Part shown: positions 1-10,507 of the stretch, in pieces
Numbering within the stretch: position 1 is the first letter of the stretch
Layout of the letters: each line of letters opens with the position of its first letter
Assembly: GCA_039638295.1 (NCBI GenBank)
Contig: JBDIWJ010000004.1
Coordinates: forward strand, 8,874 to 72,873
Length of the DNA stretch: 64,000 bases
Source: Candidatus Phoenicimicrobium oleiphilum
GTDB taxonomy: Bacteria > Atribacterota > Phoenicimicrobiia > Phoenicimicrobiales > Phoenicimicrobiaceae
Reading direction: 5' to 3'
Program-made: the position numbers and the translations under genes
The notes under the pieces: model-generated
The model's database searches: none
Seen by the model: only the letters and a program-made list of their open reading frames with translations
What the model was told of the DNA's origin: nothing

Positions 1-50
1 AATGTTAGGAAAAAATATTAAATATTGAAGTAAGAGGAGGACTATAAAAA

Positions 51-464
51 ATGAGAAAATTTAAAATTAAAGTTGAAGGAAAGATATACGAGGTAGAGGT
101 AGAAGAAGTAAGTGAAAATAAAACATCAGGAGGGATTGTTTCCGCTCCTCAACCAGTAGTGACAAAAGTACAAGAAGAAGTAACGAAACCAAAATCGGCA
201 AAGGTTCCCAATAGCCCGGCAACATCTAAGGCGCCGACAACAGCAATTGCTGGAGAAGAAGTGGTAGCTCCAATGCCTGGTAAAATTCTTCAGTTAAAGG
301 TTGCTGAGGGAGATAGTGTAAAAGAAGGAGATACTTTATTAATTTTAGAAGCTATGAAGATGGAAAACGAAATTGTGGCTAATACCTCTGGTAGTATTAA
401 AAAGATAAATGCAGCAGTAAATGATATGGTAGATACCGGTGATGTTTTAATGGTGATAGGATAA
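51..464 (+). CDS. Biotin carrier (gamma-type) subunit of a Na+-translocating carboxylic-acid decarboxylase
   Basis: 137-aa ORF behind SD GAGGAGG. It has an Ala/Pro-rich linker followed by a biotinyl domain with the EAMKME biotin-attachment motif. The decarboxylase beta subunit gene follows directly. Confidence 0.8.
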   Translation: MRKFKIKVEGKIYEVEVEEVSENKTSGGIVSAPQPVVTKVQEEVTKPKSAKVPNSPATSKAPTTAIAGEEVVAPMPGKILQLKVAEGDSVKEGDTLLILEAMKMENEIVANTSGSIKKINAAVNDMVDTGDVLMVIG

Positions 465-483
465 AATAGAAAGGAGAATTTAA

Positions 484-1602
484 ATGGATCTTCTAATGAA
501 AGTCCTTTCTTTGTTTAGTCTTTCAGGATTTAATGAACTCAGCAGAGGCAATGTAATAATGATCATTGTGGGAGGAGTATTATTATATTTTGCTATAGTA
601 AAGAAATGTGAACCTTTACTACTTCTACCCATTGGTTTTGGAGCAGTATTAGTAAATTTACCTTTAACTGGAATAATGGAAGAGGGAGGTCTTTTATATT
701 TTATTTCTTTTGGAATAAGACATGAAATATTCCCCTGTCTAATCTTTATGGGCATAGGGGCAATGACTGATTTTGGTCCCTTATTAGCTAATCCGATAAC
801 CTTTCTTTTAGGGGCAGCTGCTCAAGTAGGGGTCTTTATAGCTTTAATCGGAGCTGTGCTTTTAGGGTTTAATATTTACGAAGCAGCTTCTATAGGAATT
901 ATTGGTGGGGCAGATGGACCCACAGCGATTTATCTTACCGTTAAGATGGCTCCACAATTATTAGGAGCAATTGCGGTGGCTGCATACTCTTATATGTCCT
1001 TGGTTCCTATAATTCAACCTCCCATAATGAAACTATTGACTTCCCCGGAGGAAAGAAAGATTGTGATGAAACAACTTAGACCTGTATCTCGAAGTGAGAG
1101 AATAATCTTTCCTATAATTTCCACTATTTTAATTGGCCTTTTATTACCTGCATCAGTTCCTATTATCGGGATGTTAATGTTAGGAAATTTATTCAGAGAG
1201 AGCTTAGTAGTAGATAGATTATCTAAAACTGCCCAAAATGAATTAATAAATATTGTTACTATTTTTTTGGCAACTTGTGTAGGGGCAACTATGCAAGCTG
1301 AATATTTTTTAACTTTTAGTACTATTAAAATAGTAATCCTGGGCTTGATTGCCTTTGCATTTGGGACTGCAGGGGGAGTTTTGTTTGGGAAGTTATTAAA
1401 TAAAATTACTGGTGGAAATATTAATCCCTTAATTGGAGCAGCTGGGGTCTCTGCTGTACCAATGGCAGCAAGAGTAGCCCAGAAGGTTGGTCAGGAAGCT
1501 AATCCAAGAAACTTTTTATTAATGCATGCAATGGGGCCAAATGTAGCTGGGGTAATAGGGACTGCAGTTGCTGCAGGAGTGATGTTGACTTTATTGCAAT
1601 AA
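484..1602 (+). CDS. Sodium ion-translocating decarboxylase beta subunit (OadB/MmdB/GcdB family)
   Basis: 372-aa polytopic membrane ORF with sequence typical of the family ([10 protein letters not shown]-terminal [16 protein letters not shown]). It is adjacent to the biotin carrier subunit. Confidence 0.85.
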   Translation: MDLLMKVLSLFSLSGFNELSRGNVIMIIVGGVLLYFAIVKKCEPLLLLPIGFGAVLVNLPLTGIMEEGGLLYFISFGIRHEIFPCLIFMGIGAMTDFGPLLANPITFLLGAAAQVGVFIALIGAVLLGFNIYEAASIGIIGGADGPTAIYLTVKMAPQLLGAIAVAAYSYMSLVPIIQPPIMKLLTSPEERKIVMKQLRPVSRSERIIFPIISTILIGLLLPASVPIIGMLMLGNLFRESLVVDRLSKTAQNELINIVTIFLATCVGATMQAEYFLTFSTIKIVILGLIAFAFGTAGGVLFGKLLNKITGGNINPLIGAAGVSAVPMAARVAQKVGQEANPRNFLLMHAMGPNVAGVIGTAVAAGVMLTLLQ

Positions 1603-1807
1603 AACTAACTTGTATCTCGTATTTTAGCGTAGAGCATATAGAAATACCGTAATAAATAATATGTGTAATGAGTAATGAGTTTATATTTTTAAGTTTGCAA
1701 GAACAGATTATTTATCATATATAAACATTGCATAATTTACTAGTTAATTATATTAATTTGCAATTTGTATTTATACTAACTACTTTTCACTATTCACTAA
1801 CGACTAA

Positions 1808-1846
1808 TCAATTGGTAAATTTAAAAATTTACCAATTGATTTTTTA
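1808..1846 (+). terminator. Rho-independent terminator after the decarboxylase genes
   Basis: Inverted repeat TCAATTGGTAAATTT / AAATTTACCAATTGA followed by a T-run. Confidence 0.7.
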
Positions 1847-1922
1847 CTTCTAGTTATATATATGCTAAAATATCTTAAGTTTATTAGAATTTACTCTTTA
1901 AAGAAAAGGAAATGCTATTATA

Positions 1923-3926
1923 ATGCCAAAAAAATCTTATCCAATTTTAATTATTTTTATTATTGTGGCTTTAGTGATCGCAGGGATTATAATTTACCAT
2001 CGTTCTAAATTGGAAAGCGATTTTACACAAGTAGAGTTAGTTATGAGTCTAAATGAATTACGAGAATTATGTTACCAGGAAGGCTATGATGAAATTGAAC
2101 TGCTGGCTAAAATAAAAGATTCCGGGATTAATTCTATAGCCATACATGAAGATACTCTGGAAAGTCTAAACTTATCTGGAAGGATAATTTATTTTTCTGA
2201 TAAAGAGTTCAACAAATTGAATTTCTTCTTAAAATCTATTGATCCATTTAAAAAATTTCAGCCTTCAACGGGAGAATCTTATATTATATTCAACAATAAA
2301 AATGATTACCTTCGTATAAAGGAAAATTTACAAAGGCAATTGGGTGAAGATTTAGTAAGGGACCTTGGTTTTCTTCCTTATACAGGTTTAAAAGTGAAGG
2401 GGAGCGAGGAAAAGCTTGCTGATTTAGGTTTAGGATTTTCTAAAGAAGATATTGAATTAGTAAGAAATTCGGGATTTCAGATCATTTTGCGCCCTAAAAA
2501 TTTACTTAAAATGAATAATGAAAATATAGATTTTAAGTTTAGAGAAATTGACAAGGCTGGAAATATTTCAGGAATAATTTTTGAAGGTGAAGAAGTTTTA
2601 GGTTATCCTTCAAAAGAAAATTTAATTTATACTGCAGAACTTTTAAAGAAAAAGGAATATCCCTTCGGAATTATAGAATTTGCTGGACAGAAAGGGATTG
2701 AGGTAGTTGCTCAATCAGCCAGCGAATTAGCAATCAGGGTTCATAGTATAACCAAAGAAGAAATGGAGATTATTCCTAAACAGAAAGCCATAGACAGATG
2801 GATTAGGTCGGCTAAAGAAAGAAATGTTAGAATCTTTTATGTTAAACCTTTTATGAAGAAGACCATCCCCGATCTTATAGAAGAGAATTTATCTTATATT
2901 GAGACCGTAAGAAAAGATTTAAATGCAGGTGGTTTTACTACTGGAAAAGCAAGTCTCCCTCCTGTGTATTTCCAAAAACCTAAAATTTTTATCCTTTTAT
3001 TAATCCTGGGAGTCATTTCTGGGGGAATAATCCTGTTGAAAGATGTTTTTAACTTAAAAAAGTATCAAGAATATTCTCTTTTATTTTTGGGAATCTTATT
3101 TTCTTTTCTTCTTCTCTTTTTTAATCGAGAAATATTTTTAATAAAAATAATGGCCTTATTAACCGCTCTAATATTTCCTACTTTGGCTATTATTGGTAAT
3201 GAAAAATATTTTTTGGGGAAAATATCTAATGATAATTCGAAAAATATTGACAAAATTTCTAAAAATAATTCCAATTTTATTCTGATGATAAAAGAAGTTT
3301 TAATTGGGTTTTTAAGGATAATTTTAATCACCTTATCCGGTGGTCTGTTAATAGCAGCTTTATTAAGCAATAGTAAATTTATGTTAGGCATAGAGCAATT
3401 CAGCGGAATAAAGATATCCTATATTATTCCTCTTCTTTTAGTCCTGGCTATAATGTGGTTAAAAGTGAATAGAGGTAAATTAATGATTCTGGAAAATATA
3501 AAGAAACCCCTTTTGATTGAGCACGTAATTATAATGATATTCTTTGCGGTATTTTTGGTAATTTATATCTCTCGTTCAGGCAATTTCTCTTTTCTTCCTG
3601 TTTTAAGTATTGAGGAGAAGATAAGAATCTTTTTGGAGAAAACTTTGATTGCACGACCTCGAAACAAAGAATTTTTAATTGGATATCCAGCTCTATTTCT
3701 GGCAATGAGTATGAATTTTTTAAAGGTCAAGGAATTTAAAATCCCTATAATCATAATCGGGACTGTTGGTCCAGTTACTTTAATTAATACATTCTGCCAT
3801 ATTCATACTCCCTTTTTATTTTCGATGCTACGAACTTTTAACGGAGTATGGTTAGGCTTGATGCTGGGATTGATAATAATTATTATATTTTATTATCTGG
3901 TAAAAATATTTAGGAAAAAGAATTAA
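1923..3926 (+). CDS. Large polytopic membrane protein, DUF5693-like (CsaB-associated)
   Basis: 667-aa ORF with an N-terminal TM helix, a soluble domain and a multi-TM C-terminal half. It sits immediately upstream of csaB, a pairing I recall from Firmicute-type genomes. The family assignment is from memory. Confidence 0.6.
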   Translation: MPKKSYPILIIFIIVALVIAGIIIYHRSKLESDFTQVELVMSLNELRELCYQEGYDEIELLAKIKDSGINSIAIHEDTLESLNLSGRIIYFSDKEFNKLNFFLKSIDPFKKFQPSTGESYIIFNNKNDYLRIKENLQRQLGEDLVRDLGFLPYTGLKVKGSEEKLADLGLGFSKEDIELVRNSGFQIILRPKNLLKMNNENIDFKFREIDKAGNISGIIFEGEEVLGYPSKENLIYTAELLKKKEYPFGIIEFAGQKGIEVVAQSASELAIRVHSITKEEMEIIPKQKAIDRWIRSAKERNVRIFYVKPFMKKTIPDLIEENLSYIETVRKDLNAGGFTTGKASLPPVYFQKPKIFILLLILGVISGGIILLKDVFNLKKYQEYSLLFLGILFSFLLLFFNREIFLIKIMALLTALIFPTLAIIGNEKYFLGKISNDNSKNIDKISKNNSNFILMIKEVLIGFLRIILITLSGGLLIAALLSNSKFMLGIEQFSGIKISYIIPLLLVLAIMWLKVNRGKLMILENIKKPLLIEHVIIMIFFAVFLVIYISRSGNFSFLPVLSIEEKIRIFLEKTLIARPRNKEFLIGYPALFLAMSMNFLKVKEFKIPIIIIGTVGPVTLINTFCHIHTPFLFSMLRTFNGVWLGLMLGLIIIIIFYYLVKIFRKKN

Positions 3927-3928
3927 TT

Positions 3929-5062
3929 ATGAAAAAGTCTAAAACCATAGTGAAGATAATGATTTCCGGTTATTATGGTTTTAATAATACTGGTGACGAA
4001 GCTATTCTCAAATCTATGGTTAGAGTCTTTAAAGAAAAATTACCGCGAGTAAAAATAGTAGTTCTTTCCCAGAACCCTTTACAAACTTCCCAATCTTATC
4101 AGGTGAAAGCTATAAATCGAATGCATCTAATTAGTATTTTAAACTGTTTTAGAGACACCAATCTTTTTATTAGTGGTGGTGGAGGATTATTACAGGATTC
4201 GACTGGAAGGGGATGGAGCATTCTGTATTATCTGGGATTGATATTAGGGGCAATACTATTTAGAGTGCCGGTTATGATTTATGCCCAGGGTATCGGGCCA
4301 ATTAATAAAAAACTTAACAAACTCTTGACAAAGTGGATTCTAAATAAAATTGATATAATTACTGTAAGAGATAATCCTTCAAAAGAATTATTAAAAAGTA
4401 TGGGGGTTTTAAAGCCAGCAATATATGTAAGTTCTGACCCTTGCTTTTTATTAAAGAAAAAGAACATTGACCATATCATAAAAAATTTTCCTGATATTTT
4501 GGAATTAACAAAATCAAATAATTATCCTTTAGTTGGAATTTCTATCAGAGAATATAAAGGCAATAGAACAGATTTAAAGAGAATAGTTTCGCGATTAGCT
4601 GATGATATAATAGAAAACTACAAAGTAAAAATTATTTTTTTACCTTTTAAATTTAATGAAGATTTACATATTAGTGAAGAAATATTATTTTTAATGAAAA
4701 ATAAAAGTCAGGCAAATATCTTAAAGGCCAGGCTCGAACCTGAAGAATTGCTTTTTTTTGTATCCCAATTATCTTTGATGATTGGAATGAGACTTCATTC
4801 TATCATATTTTCCAGTATGGTTAATATTCCCTTTATTGCTCTTAACTATGACCCCAAAGTGAAAAATTTTGTACAAGATTTGGATTTAACTGAATTATTA
4901 TTAGAGCTTGATGACCTTTCTCTAAAAATATTTCGAAAAAAAGTAGGATATGTTTGGAAAAATAGTGATAAAATAAAAAAAATATTAGCAAAAAAAGCAA
5001 AGGATTTAGAAAAAAAAGCTATAATAAACAATGATATGGTTTTTGAAATTTTAAAGATCTAA
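3929..5062 (+). CDS. csaB: Polysaccharide pyruvyl transferase CsaB
   Basis: 377-aa ORF whose N-terminus ISGYYGFNNTGDEAIL and internal GGGGLLQD are typical of CsaB-type pyruvyl transferases. Confidence 0.8.
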   Translation: MKKSKTIVKIMISGYYGFNNTGDEAILKSMVRVFKEKLPRVKIVVLSQNPLQTSQSYQVKAINRMHLISILNCFRDTNLFISGGGGLLQDSTGRGWSILYYLGLILGAILFRVPVMIYAQGIGPINKKLNKLLTKWILNKIDIITVRDNPSKELLKSMGVLKPAIYVSSDPCFLLKKKNIDHIIKNFPDILELTKSNNYPLVGISIREYKGNRTDLKRIVSRLADDIIENYKVKIIFLPFKFNEDLHISEEILFLMKNKSQANILKARLEPEELLFFVSQLSLMIGMRLHSIIFSSMVNIPFIALNYDPKVKNFVQDLDLTELLLELDDLSLKIFRKKVGYVWKNSDKIKKILAKKAKDLEKKAIINNDMVFEILKI

Positions 5063-5083
5063 TTACTGAGGTTATTATTTAAC

Positions 5084-5758
5084 ATGATCAGAATGTTCCA
5101 TGTTCATAAAATCTATCCCAATAGGATAATAGCCCTAAAGGATATTAACATACACATAAAGAAAGGTGAATTTGTCTTTTTAGTAGGTCCTACTGGTGCA
5201 GGGAAAAGTACTTTTTTAAAATTGATTTACCGAGGAATTGTGCCTACTAAAGGTCAGGTAATTGTTGATGGCATAAATGTAGCTCGACTTAAACCAAAGT
5301 ATGTGCCTTATTTAAGACGTAATATAGGAATAGTTTTCCAAGATTTTAAATTATTGTTTAATAGAACAGTATATGAAAATGTTTCTTTTGGTTTAAATGC
5401 CATAGGGGCAACTAATTTGGAGATAAGGCAGCAAGTTAAAAAAGTACTTAATTTAGTAGGTTTAGAACATAAAAAAAGAACGAAACCTCATTTACTTTCA
5501 GGAGGGGAACAGCAAAAATTATGTATTGCCCGAGCTATTGCCAATGAGCCGATGATACTGCTCACTGATGAACCTACTGGTAATTTAGACCCCGACACTT
5601 CCTGGGAAATTATGCAGCTTTTATTTCATATAAATATGAGAGGAACTACAGTGATAATGGCTTCCCACGATAAACTTATGGTAGATAAGGCTAGAAAAAG
5701 AATAATTAGATTGGAACAAGGGAGAATAGTAGAAGATATACAAAAGGGGAAATTTTGA
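5084..5758 (+). CDS. ftsE: Cell division ATP-binding protein FtsE
   Basis: 224 aa with Walker A GPTGAGKST, signature LSGGEQQ and Walker B LLTDEPTGNLD. ftsX follows. Confidence 0.9.
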   Translation: MIRMFHVHKIYPNRIIALKDINIHIKKGEFVFLVGPTGAGKSTFLKLIYRGIVPTKGQVIVDGINVARLKPKYVPYLRRNIGIVFQDFKLLFNRTVYENVSFGLNAIGATNLEIRQQVKKVLNLVGLEHKKRTKPHLLSGGEQQKLCIARAIANEPMILLTDEPTGNLDPDTSWEIMQLLFHINMRGTTVIMASHDKLMVDKARKRIIRLEQGRIVEDIQKGKF

Positions 5759-5759
5759 G

Positions 5760-6644
5760 ATGATATTTGAAAATATGGGATTTTATTTTAAGGAGGCTTT
5801 ACTTAGTTTTAGAAGAAATACTTTAATGTGTATAGCATCTGTAATAAGCATTACAACTATTTTTATAATTATAGGAATATTTTTATTGATTTCCTTGAAC
5901 TTCAATCTTTTTCTAAAAAATTTAGAGTCTCAATTAGAGATTATAGTATACTTAAAAGATGACATTTCTACTGCAGAGTTGGATAATTTAAAGAATAGTC
6001 TTACTTCAATAGAGGGGGTAAAAGAAGCAAAATTCGTATCCAAAGAGGAAGCCTTCCAGCGTCTATTAAAAGATTTGGGAGGTCAAAAAGATATCTTTAG
6101 TATCGTTGAAGAAAATCCACTTCCAGCTTCTTTTGAAATAAAAGCAAATGACCCTAAAATGATTGAGCAGATTGCACATAAAGTAGAAAAATATAAAAAT
6201 GTAGAGGAAGTCGAATATGGCCGAGGGATAGTCGAGAGGTTGTTAAATTTTACTAGTATATTCAGAGTAGTAGGAATTTCAATTTTGATACTGTTAATCT
6301 TCGCTTCAATTTTAATTATATCCAATATAATGAAAATTACCGTGTATGCCAGAAGAGATGAAATAGAGATAATGAGCCTGGTTGGTGCCACTCGTTGGTT
6401 TATTAAATGGCCTTTTATACTTGAAGGTTTTTTACAGGGTATTATCTCAGCTATTTTATCGATATTAATTTTGTATAAATTTTATTTTGTGGTTATAGAT
6501 AAAATACATCAAATCACCCCCTTTTTACCAGTAGTTTGGGATAAAAAAGAGTTACTGGTCATAGGTTTAGCACTTATAGTGTTAGGGAGTTTAGTGGGTT
6601 TTTTAGGAAGCATGTTTTCAGTGGGGAAATATATAAGTGAGTAG
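5760..6644 (+). CDS. ftsX: Cell division permease-like protein FtsX
   Basis: 294 aa with the typical FtsX layout: TM1, a periplasmic/extracellular domain and three C-terminal TM helices. It is tightly coupled to ftsE. Confidence 0.85.
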   Translation: MIFENMGFYFKEALLSFRRNTLMCIASVISITTIFIIIGIFLLISLNFNLFLKNLESQLEIIVYLKDDISTAELDNLKNSLTSIEGVKEAKFVSKEEAFQRLLKDLGGQKDIFSIVEENPLPASFEIKANDPKMIEQIAHKVEKYKNVEEVEYGRGIVERLLNFTSIFRVVGISILILLIFASILIISNIMKITVYARRDEIEIMSLVGATRWFIKWPFILEGFLQGIISAILSILILYKFYFVVIDKIHQITPFLPVVWDKKELLVIGLALIVLGSLVGFLGSMFSVGKYISE

Positions 6645-7848
6645 TAAGGTATTAAATTTTAAAAAGATTACAAAAATATTTTCTAAAATATCAGTAGTTT
6701 TATTCATTATTCTAATTGTTGTTCTATATAGTTATGGCAATAACGAAGATTATAATCAAAGGATAAAACAGGAACAAGAAAGATTGAAACAGATAGAAGA
6801 TCAGATTGAAAGGGTTAAAAATGAGATTAATAATTTACAAAAAGAGGAAAGTGGTTACTTAGACGCCATTAATAAAATAGAAAAATTGTTACTGGAAACA
6901 GAAAAAGAGCTAAAAACTATTGAGAAAGATATAGAGCTTACTTTAAAAGAGCTAAATAAAATAGAAGATGAATTTATTTTGGCAAAGGAAAAACTAAAAG
7001 AGAAAACCAAAATTTTAGAAGTCAAATTAAGAGAAACATATAAGCATAATCGAGCTGGATATCTAGCAATTCTATTAAGTAGTGAAACTTTTTCTGAATT
7101 TATTACTCGTTATAGATATTTTAAAGATATTTTATCTCAGGACAATAAGGTTATAGGTGATATTCTGCAACAAATTAAAAGGACAGAAGATAAAAAAATA
7201 GACCTGGAAAATAGAGAAGAAATATTAAGATTGCTTAAGGAAGAAGTGGAAAAAGAGAAAGAAAATATTGAATTTTCAATTAAGGCAAAAAAATCTATAA
7301 TTAAAAAAATTAATTCTCAAAAAAATGCTTATTTAAAGTCTTTAGAGGAGTTGGAACAGTCTTCCTCGGAAATAAAGAATATAATTGAGAGAATATATCA
7401 TGAACAGGAAAAAACTCTCAAAGAAAAAGAAAAACAAAGCCCCGGGATTACCCTAACACCCAAGAAGGGGATTTTTACCTTGCCGGTTCAGGGTAAATTA
7501 ATCTCTAATTTTGGAAGACAGATGAATCTTGATTTTAATACTTACACCTTTAATTCCGGGATAGATGTTAGCGCCCCTTTGGGAGAGGTGGTTCGGTCTG
7601 CCGGTTCCGGGGAGGTAATATATACTGGAAACATAAAAGGGTATGGGCAGATAATAATCATTGATCACGGAGGTAGGACTACTACTCTATATGCTCATCT
7701 TTCTAAAATTTTGGTGGAAATCGGAGATAAAGTCAATAAAGGTCAGATTATAGGTCAAGTGGGCGAAAGTGGTGGTGTTTCTTCTCCCAGATTACATTTT
7801 GAAGTTAGAGTAGAGGGTAAACCTACAGATCCTATGAATTGGTTATAG
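6637..7848 (+). CDS. M23 family peptidase with long coiled coil (EnvC-like murein hydrolase activator)
   Basis: 403 aa with a signal/TM segment, about 230 aa of Glu/Lys-rich coiled coil and a C-terminal LytM/M23 domain (GIDV...HGGRTTTLYAHL...PRLHFEVR). Its start overlaps the ftsX stop. Confidence 0.85.
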   Translation: MSSKVLNFKKITKIFSKISVVLFIILIVVLYSYGNNEDYNQRIKQEQERLKQIEDQIERVKNEINNLQKEESGYLDAINKIEKLLLETEKELKTIEKDIELTLKELNKIEDEFILAKEKLKEKTKILEVKLRETYKHNRAGYLAILLSSETFSEFITRYRYFKDILSQDNKVIGDILQQIKRTEDKKIDLENREEILRLLKEEVEKEKENIEFSIKAKKSIIKKINSQKNAYLKSLEELEQSSSEIKNIIERIYHEQEKTLKEKEKQSPGITLTPKKGIFTLPVQGKLISNFGRQMNLDFNTYTFNSGIDVSAPLGEVVRSAGSGEVIYTGNIKGYGQIIIIDHGGRTTTLYAHLSKILVEIGDKVNKGQIIGQVGESGGVSSPRLHFEVRVEGKPTDPMNWL

Positions 7849-7884
7849 ATGTAAATATTTTTAAGAAATTGGTGGTGACTGAAT

Positions 7885-9060
7885 TTGGTAAAGAAAAAAA
7901 CAAAAATTACTTTAATTATAATTTTAGTAATAATTTCTATAGTCGGAAGTTTTCTGTTTTATAAGACAAGCGCGAATGGTAATAATAATGAGGAAGCATT
8001 ATTCATTAGTTTAGAACCTTTCATTGAAGCTTTAAACCTGGTAAGAAGTGAATATGTAGAGAAAGATATAGACTTAGACAAAATAATCCAGGGAGCTATT
8101 AAAGGTATGCTTAAAGCTCTGGATGACCCATATACTCGATATATGGACCCTCAGGCATTAAAGAGAGAACAAGAAGATATGTTTTTAGGACATTTTGGTG
8201 GCTTGGGTATAATAATTTCAATAAAAGATGATCAATTAACCATAATCTCTCCCATTGAGGACACACCAGCCTATAGGGCAGGGATAAAGGCTGGAGATAA
8301 AATAGTAGAAATAAATGGCAAATCTACTGAGGGAATTGAATTAGAGGAAGCAGTTAATGTTTTAAGAGGGGAGAAAGGGACTCAAGTGATCTTGGGAATC
8401 GAAAGAGAAGGTGTAGAAGGAATTTTAAAGTTTACAATAATCAGGGATATTATCGAGGTTAAAGCAGTAAAAAAGGATGTGTTAGGGAGAGACAACAATA
8501 TTGGTTACATAAGAATTACTACTTTCAATGTAAATACTGAACCAGAGCTAAAAGAGGTTTTAGATAACTTTACAAAAGATGATAACATCCAGGGGATTAT
8601 CCTCGACTTACGTAATAATCCAGGAGGATTATTAGATAGTGCAATCGAGGTAGCCAGTAAATTTATAAATGAAGGACCAGTTGTTCATATTAAAGACCGA
8701 AATGGAATTCAAATTTCTGTACAATCAAAAGGAAATAAATATCCTCAATGGCCTTTAATTGTACTAATTAATGGGGGAAGTGCCAGTGCCTCTGAAATTG
8801 TAGCGGGGGCAATTCAGGATTCAGGAAGAGGAGTATTATTAGGACAAAAAACATTTGGTAAAGGATTAGTTCAACAAGTCTTTAGCTTATCTGATGGTTC
8901 GGGGGTAGTTATTACTACCTCTGAATATTATACTCCAAATGAAAGAACCATAAACAATATCGGAATTGAACCAGATATATTAGTAGAAGCAGCTGAGGAA
9001 GGTGAAGAAGATATACAATTGAATAAAGCAATAGAAATATTAGAAGAGCAATTAAATTAG
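7885..9060 (+). CDS. S41 family carboxy-terminal processing protease
   Basis: 391 aa with a PDZ domain and the S41 catalytic region (NGGSASASEIVAGA...GKGLVQ). TTG start as given in the ORF track. Confidence 0.85.
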   Translation: MVKKKTKITLIIILVIISIVGSFLFYKTSANGNNNEEALFISLEPFIEALNLVRSEYVEKDIDLDKIIQGAIKGMLKALDDPYTRYMDPQALKREQEDMFLGHFGGLGIIISIKDDQLTIISPIEDTPAYRAGIKAGDKIVEINGKSTEGIELEEAVNVLRGEKGTQVILGIEREGVEGILKFTIIRDIIEVKAVKKDVLGRDNNIGYIRITTFNVNTEPELKEVLDNFTKDDNIQGIILDLRNNPGGLLDSAIEVASKFINEGPVVHIKDRNGIQISVQSKGNKYPQWPLIVLINGGSASASEIVAGAIQDSGRGVLLGQKTFGKGLVQQVFSLSDGSGVVITTSEYYTPNERTINNIGIEPDILVEAAEEGEEDIQLNKAIEILEEQLN

Positions 9061-9250
9061 TATCGAGTATCGAGTGTATAGTATATGGCGAAAAACGAAA
9101 AGCGTAAAACATATTTCATATCTCGTAAATCGTATCTGGTGAAGAAAAAGAAAAGACAGCAGATATAATTGGTTAGCTAGTTAATTGAAAATTAGTAATT
9201 AGTGATGAGCAATAAGTGATAGGTGACAGGTTTATAAATTCAGAGGTCGT

Positions 9251-9316
9251 GGTTCAATTTATCGAACCCGTCAGGGAGTTAAAAAACAACACGGGTCGGA
9301 TAAATCCGACCCCTAC
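9251..9316 (+). repeat. Double-hairpin intergenic repeat, family E copy 1
   Basis: GGTTCAATTTATCGAACCC, a spacer, then GGGTCGGATAAATCCGACCCCTAC. The same architecture recurs at 10401, 14383 and 44202. Confidence 0.75.
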
Positions 9317-9379
9317 AAATTATACTTTTTTAATCAGCAGATTGGCCGATCTAAATAAAACTTAAAAGGAATTTTTACT

Positions 9380-10303
9380 TTGAAACAAAATCATCGATTA
9401 ACTATAAATATTATAACTTTATTAATTATTTTAGTAGTAGGTTTTGGAGTGTCTAATTTCTTGACAAAGTCTTTTAGGCAAGAAAGCATTACTCATAGTA
9501 CTCAAAATACTATTTCGATGAATAATGATGAAATTAAATTAGAAACAAAAGAGTCTGAGGGAACCATTTATATATATGACAGTGAGCAATATGTGGATTC
9601 TATAATCGATGACTTAGCGTCCTCTAAAGAGGAAGTGAATTTTGTTCCTAAAATTGCCTTTATAATAGACGATTTAGGCTATGAAAAAGAAGTTGCCCAA
9701 AAAATAATAGAATTGGATTTTCCCATAGCCTTATCCATATTACCTTTTCTCCAGAATTCTGAATATGTCGCTGAAGAAGGTAATAAAAATAATCAGGAAA
9801 TTATGTTACATTTACCGATGGAGCCTAATAATTCTGATGCTGACCCTGGACCAGGGGCAATTAAATCATATATGTCTGAAGAAGAAATCAGGCAGGCTGT
9901 TAGAGGTAGCATATTTGATTTTCCCTATGTTATTGGTGTAAATAATCATATGGGGTCAAAAATTACTGAAGATAGAAGAATAATGAAGATAATTCTGGAA
10001 GAAATTAGAAGATATAATTTATTTTTTATAGATAGTATGACCAGTAAGAATTCTATTGCCTACGAAGTTGCCCAGGAAATAGGGGTTAAAACAGCAGTAA
10101 GGTCGGTCTTTCTAGATAATGAGAATGTTATAGAATATATCAAAGGACAAATGTTAGAAGCTGAAAAGATTGCCTTAAAATATGGTGAAGCTATTGCCAT
10201 TGGTCACAGTCGTATAAATACTTTTTATGTTTTGAAAAGGATGGTCCCCGAGTTTATCAAAGCTGGGATAGAAATAGTTCCGGTGTCAGAATTGGTTAAA
10301 TAA
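9380..10303 (+). CDS. Divergent polysaccharide deacetylase family protein (YibQ-like)
   Basis: 307 aa with an N-terminal TM helix and a C-terminal domain carrying FIIDDLGY...HLPMEP...NNHMGS, typical of the YibQ/DUF610 family. It follows an EnvC-like gene, as yibQ does in E. coli. Confidence 0.75.
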   Translation: MKQNHRLTINIITLLIILVVGFGVSNFLTKSFRQESITHSTQNTISMNNDEIKLETKESEGTIYIYDSEQYVDSIIDDLASSKEEVNFVPKIAFIIDDLGYEKEVAQKIIELDFPIALSILPFLQNSEYVAEEGNKNNQEIMLHLPMEPNNSDADPGPGAIKSYMSEEEIRQAVRGSIFDFPYVIGVNNHMGSKITEDRRIMKIILEEIRRYNLFFIDSMTSKNSIAYEVAQEIGVKTAVRSVFLDNENVIEYIKGQMLEAEKIALKYGEAIAIGHSRINTFYVLKRMVPEFIKAGIEIVPVSELVK

Positions 10304-10400
10304 AATTTTTAATTGTGTTAACATAATTTTTATATTATAATAATCTTGTTTCTTAGAAAAAGCGTATAGCATTAGTAGGCAACATATTAGTATATGGAAA

Positions 10401-10459
10401 GTAGGGACTAGATTTATCGAGCCCGCATAAGAATCGGGTCGAATAAGTCCAAACCCTAC
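10401..10459 (+). repeat. Double-hairpin intergenic repeat, family E copy 2
   Basis: GTAGGGACTAGATTTATCGAGCCC, a spacer, then GGGTCGAATAAGTCCAAACCCTAC. Confidence 0.7.
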
Positions 10460-10507
10460 TATTCACTAACGACTAAATACTAACGACTGATTAAGGATGG
10501 AGGAAAA

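Noticed and set aside
10304-10507. A T-box or other tRNA-sensing leader upstream of gltX, and likewise upstream of glnS (23563-23723) and aroH.
   Set aside because: I found no specifier-loop or T-box (AATTAGGGTGGTACCGCG-like) sequence. The gaps are explained by family E repeats, CTAACGA words and simple hairpins.
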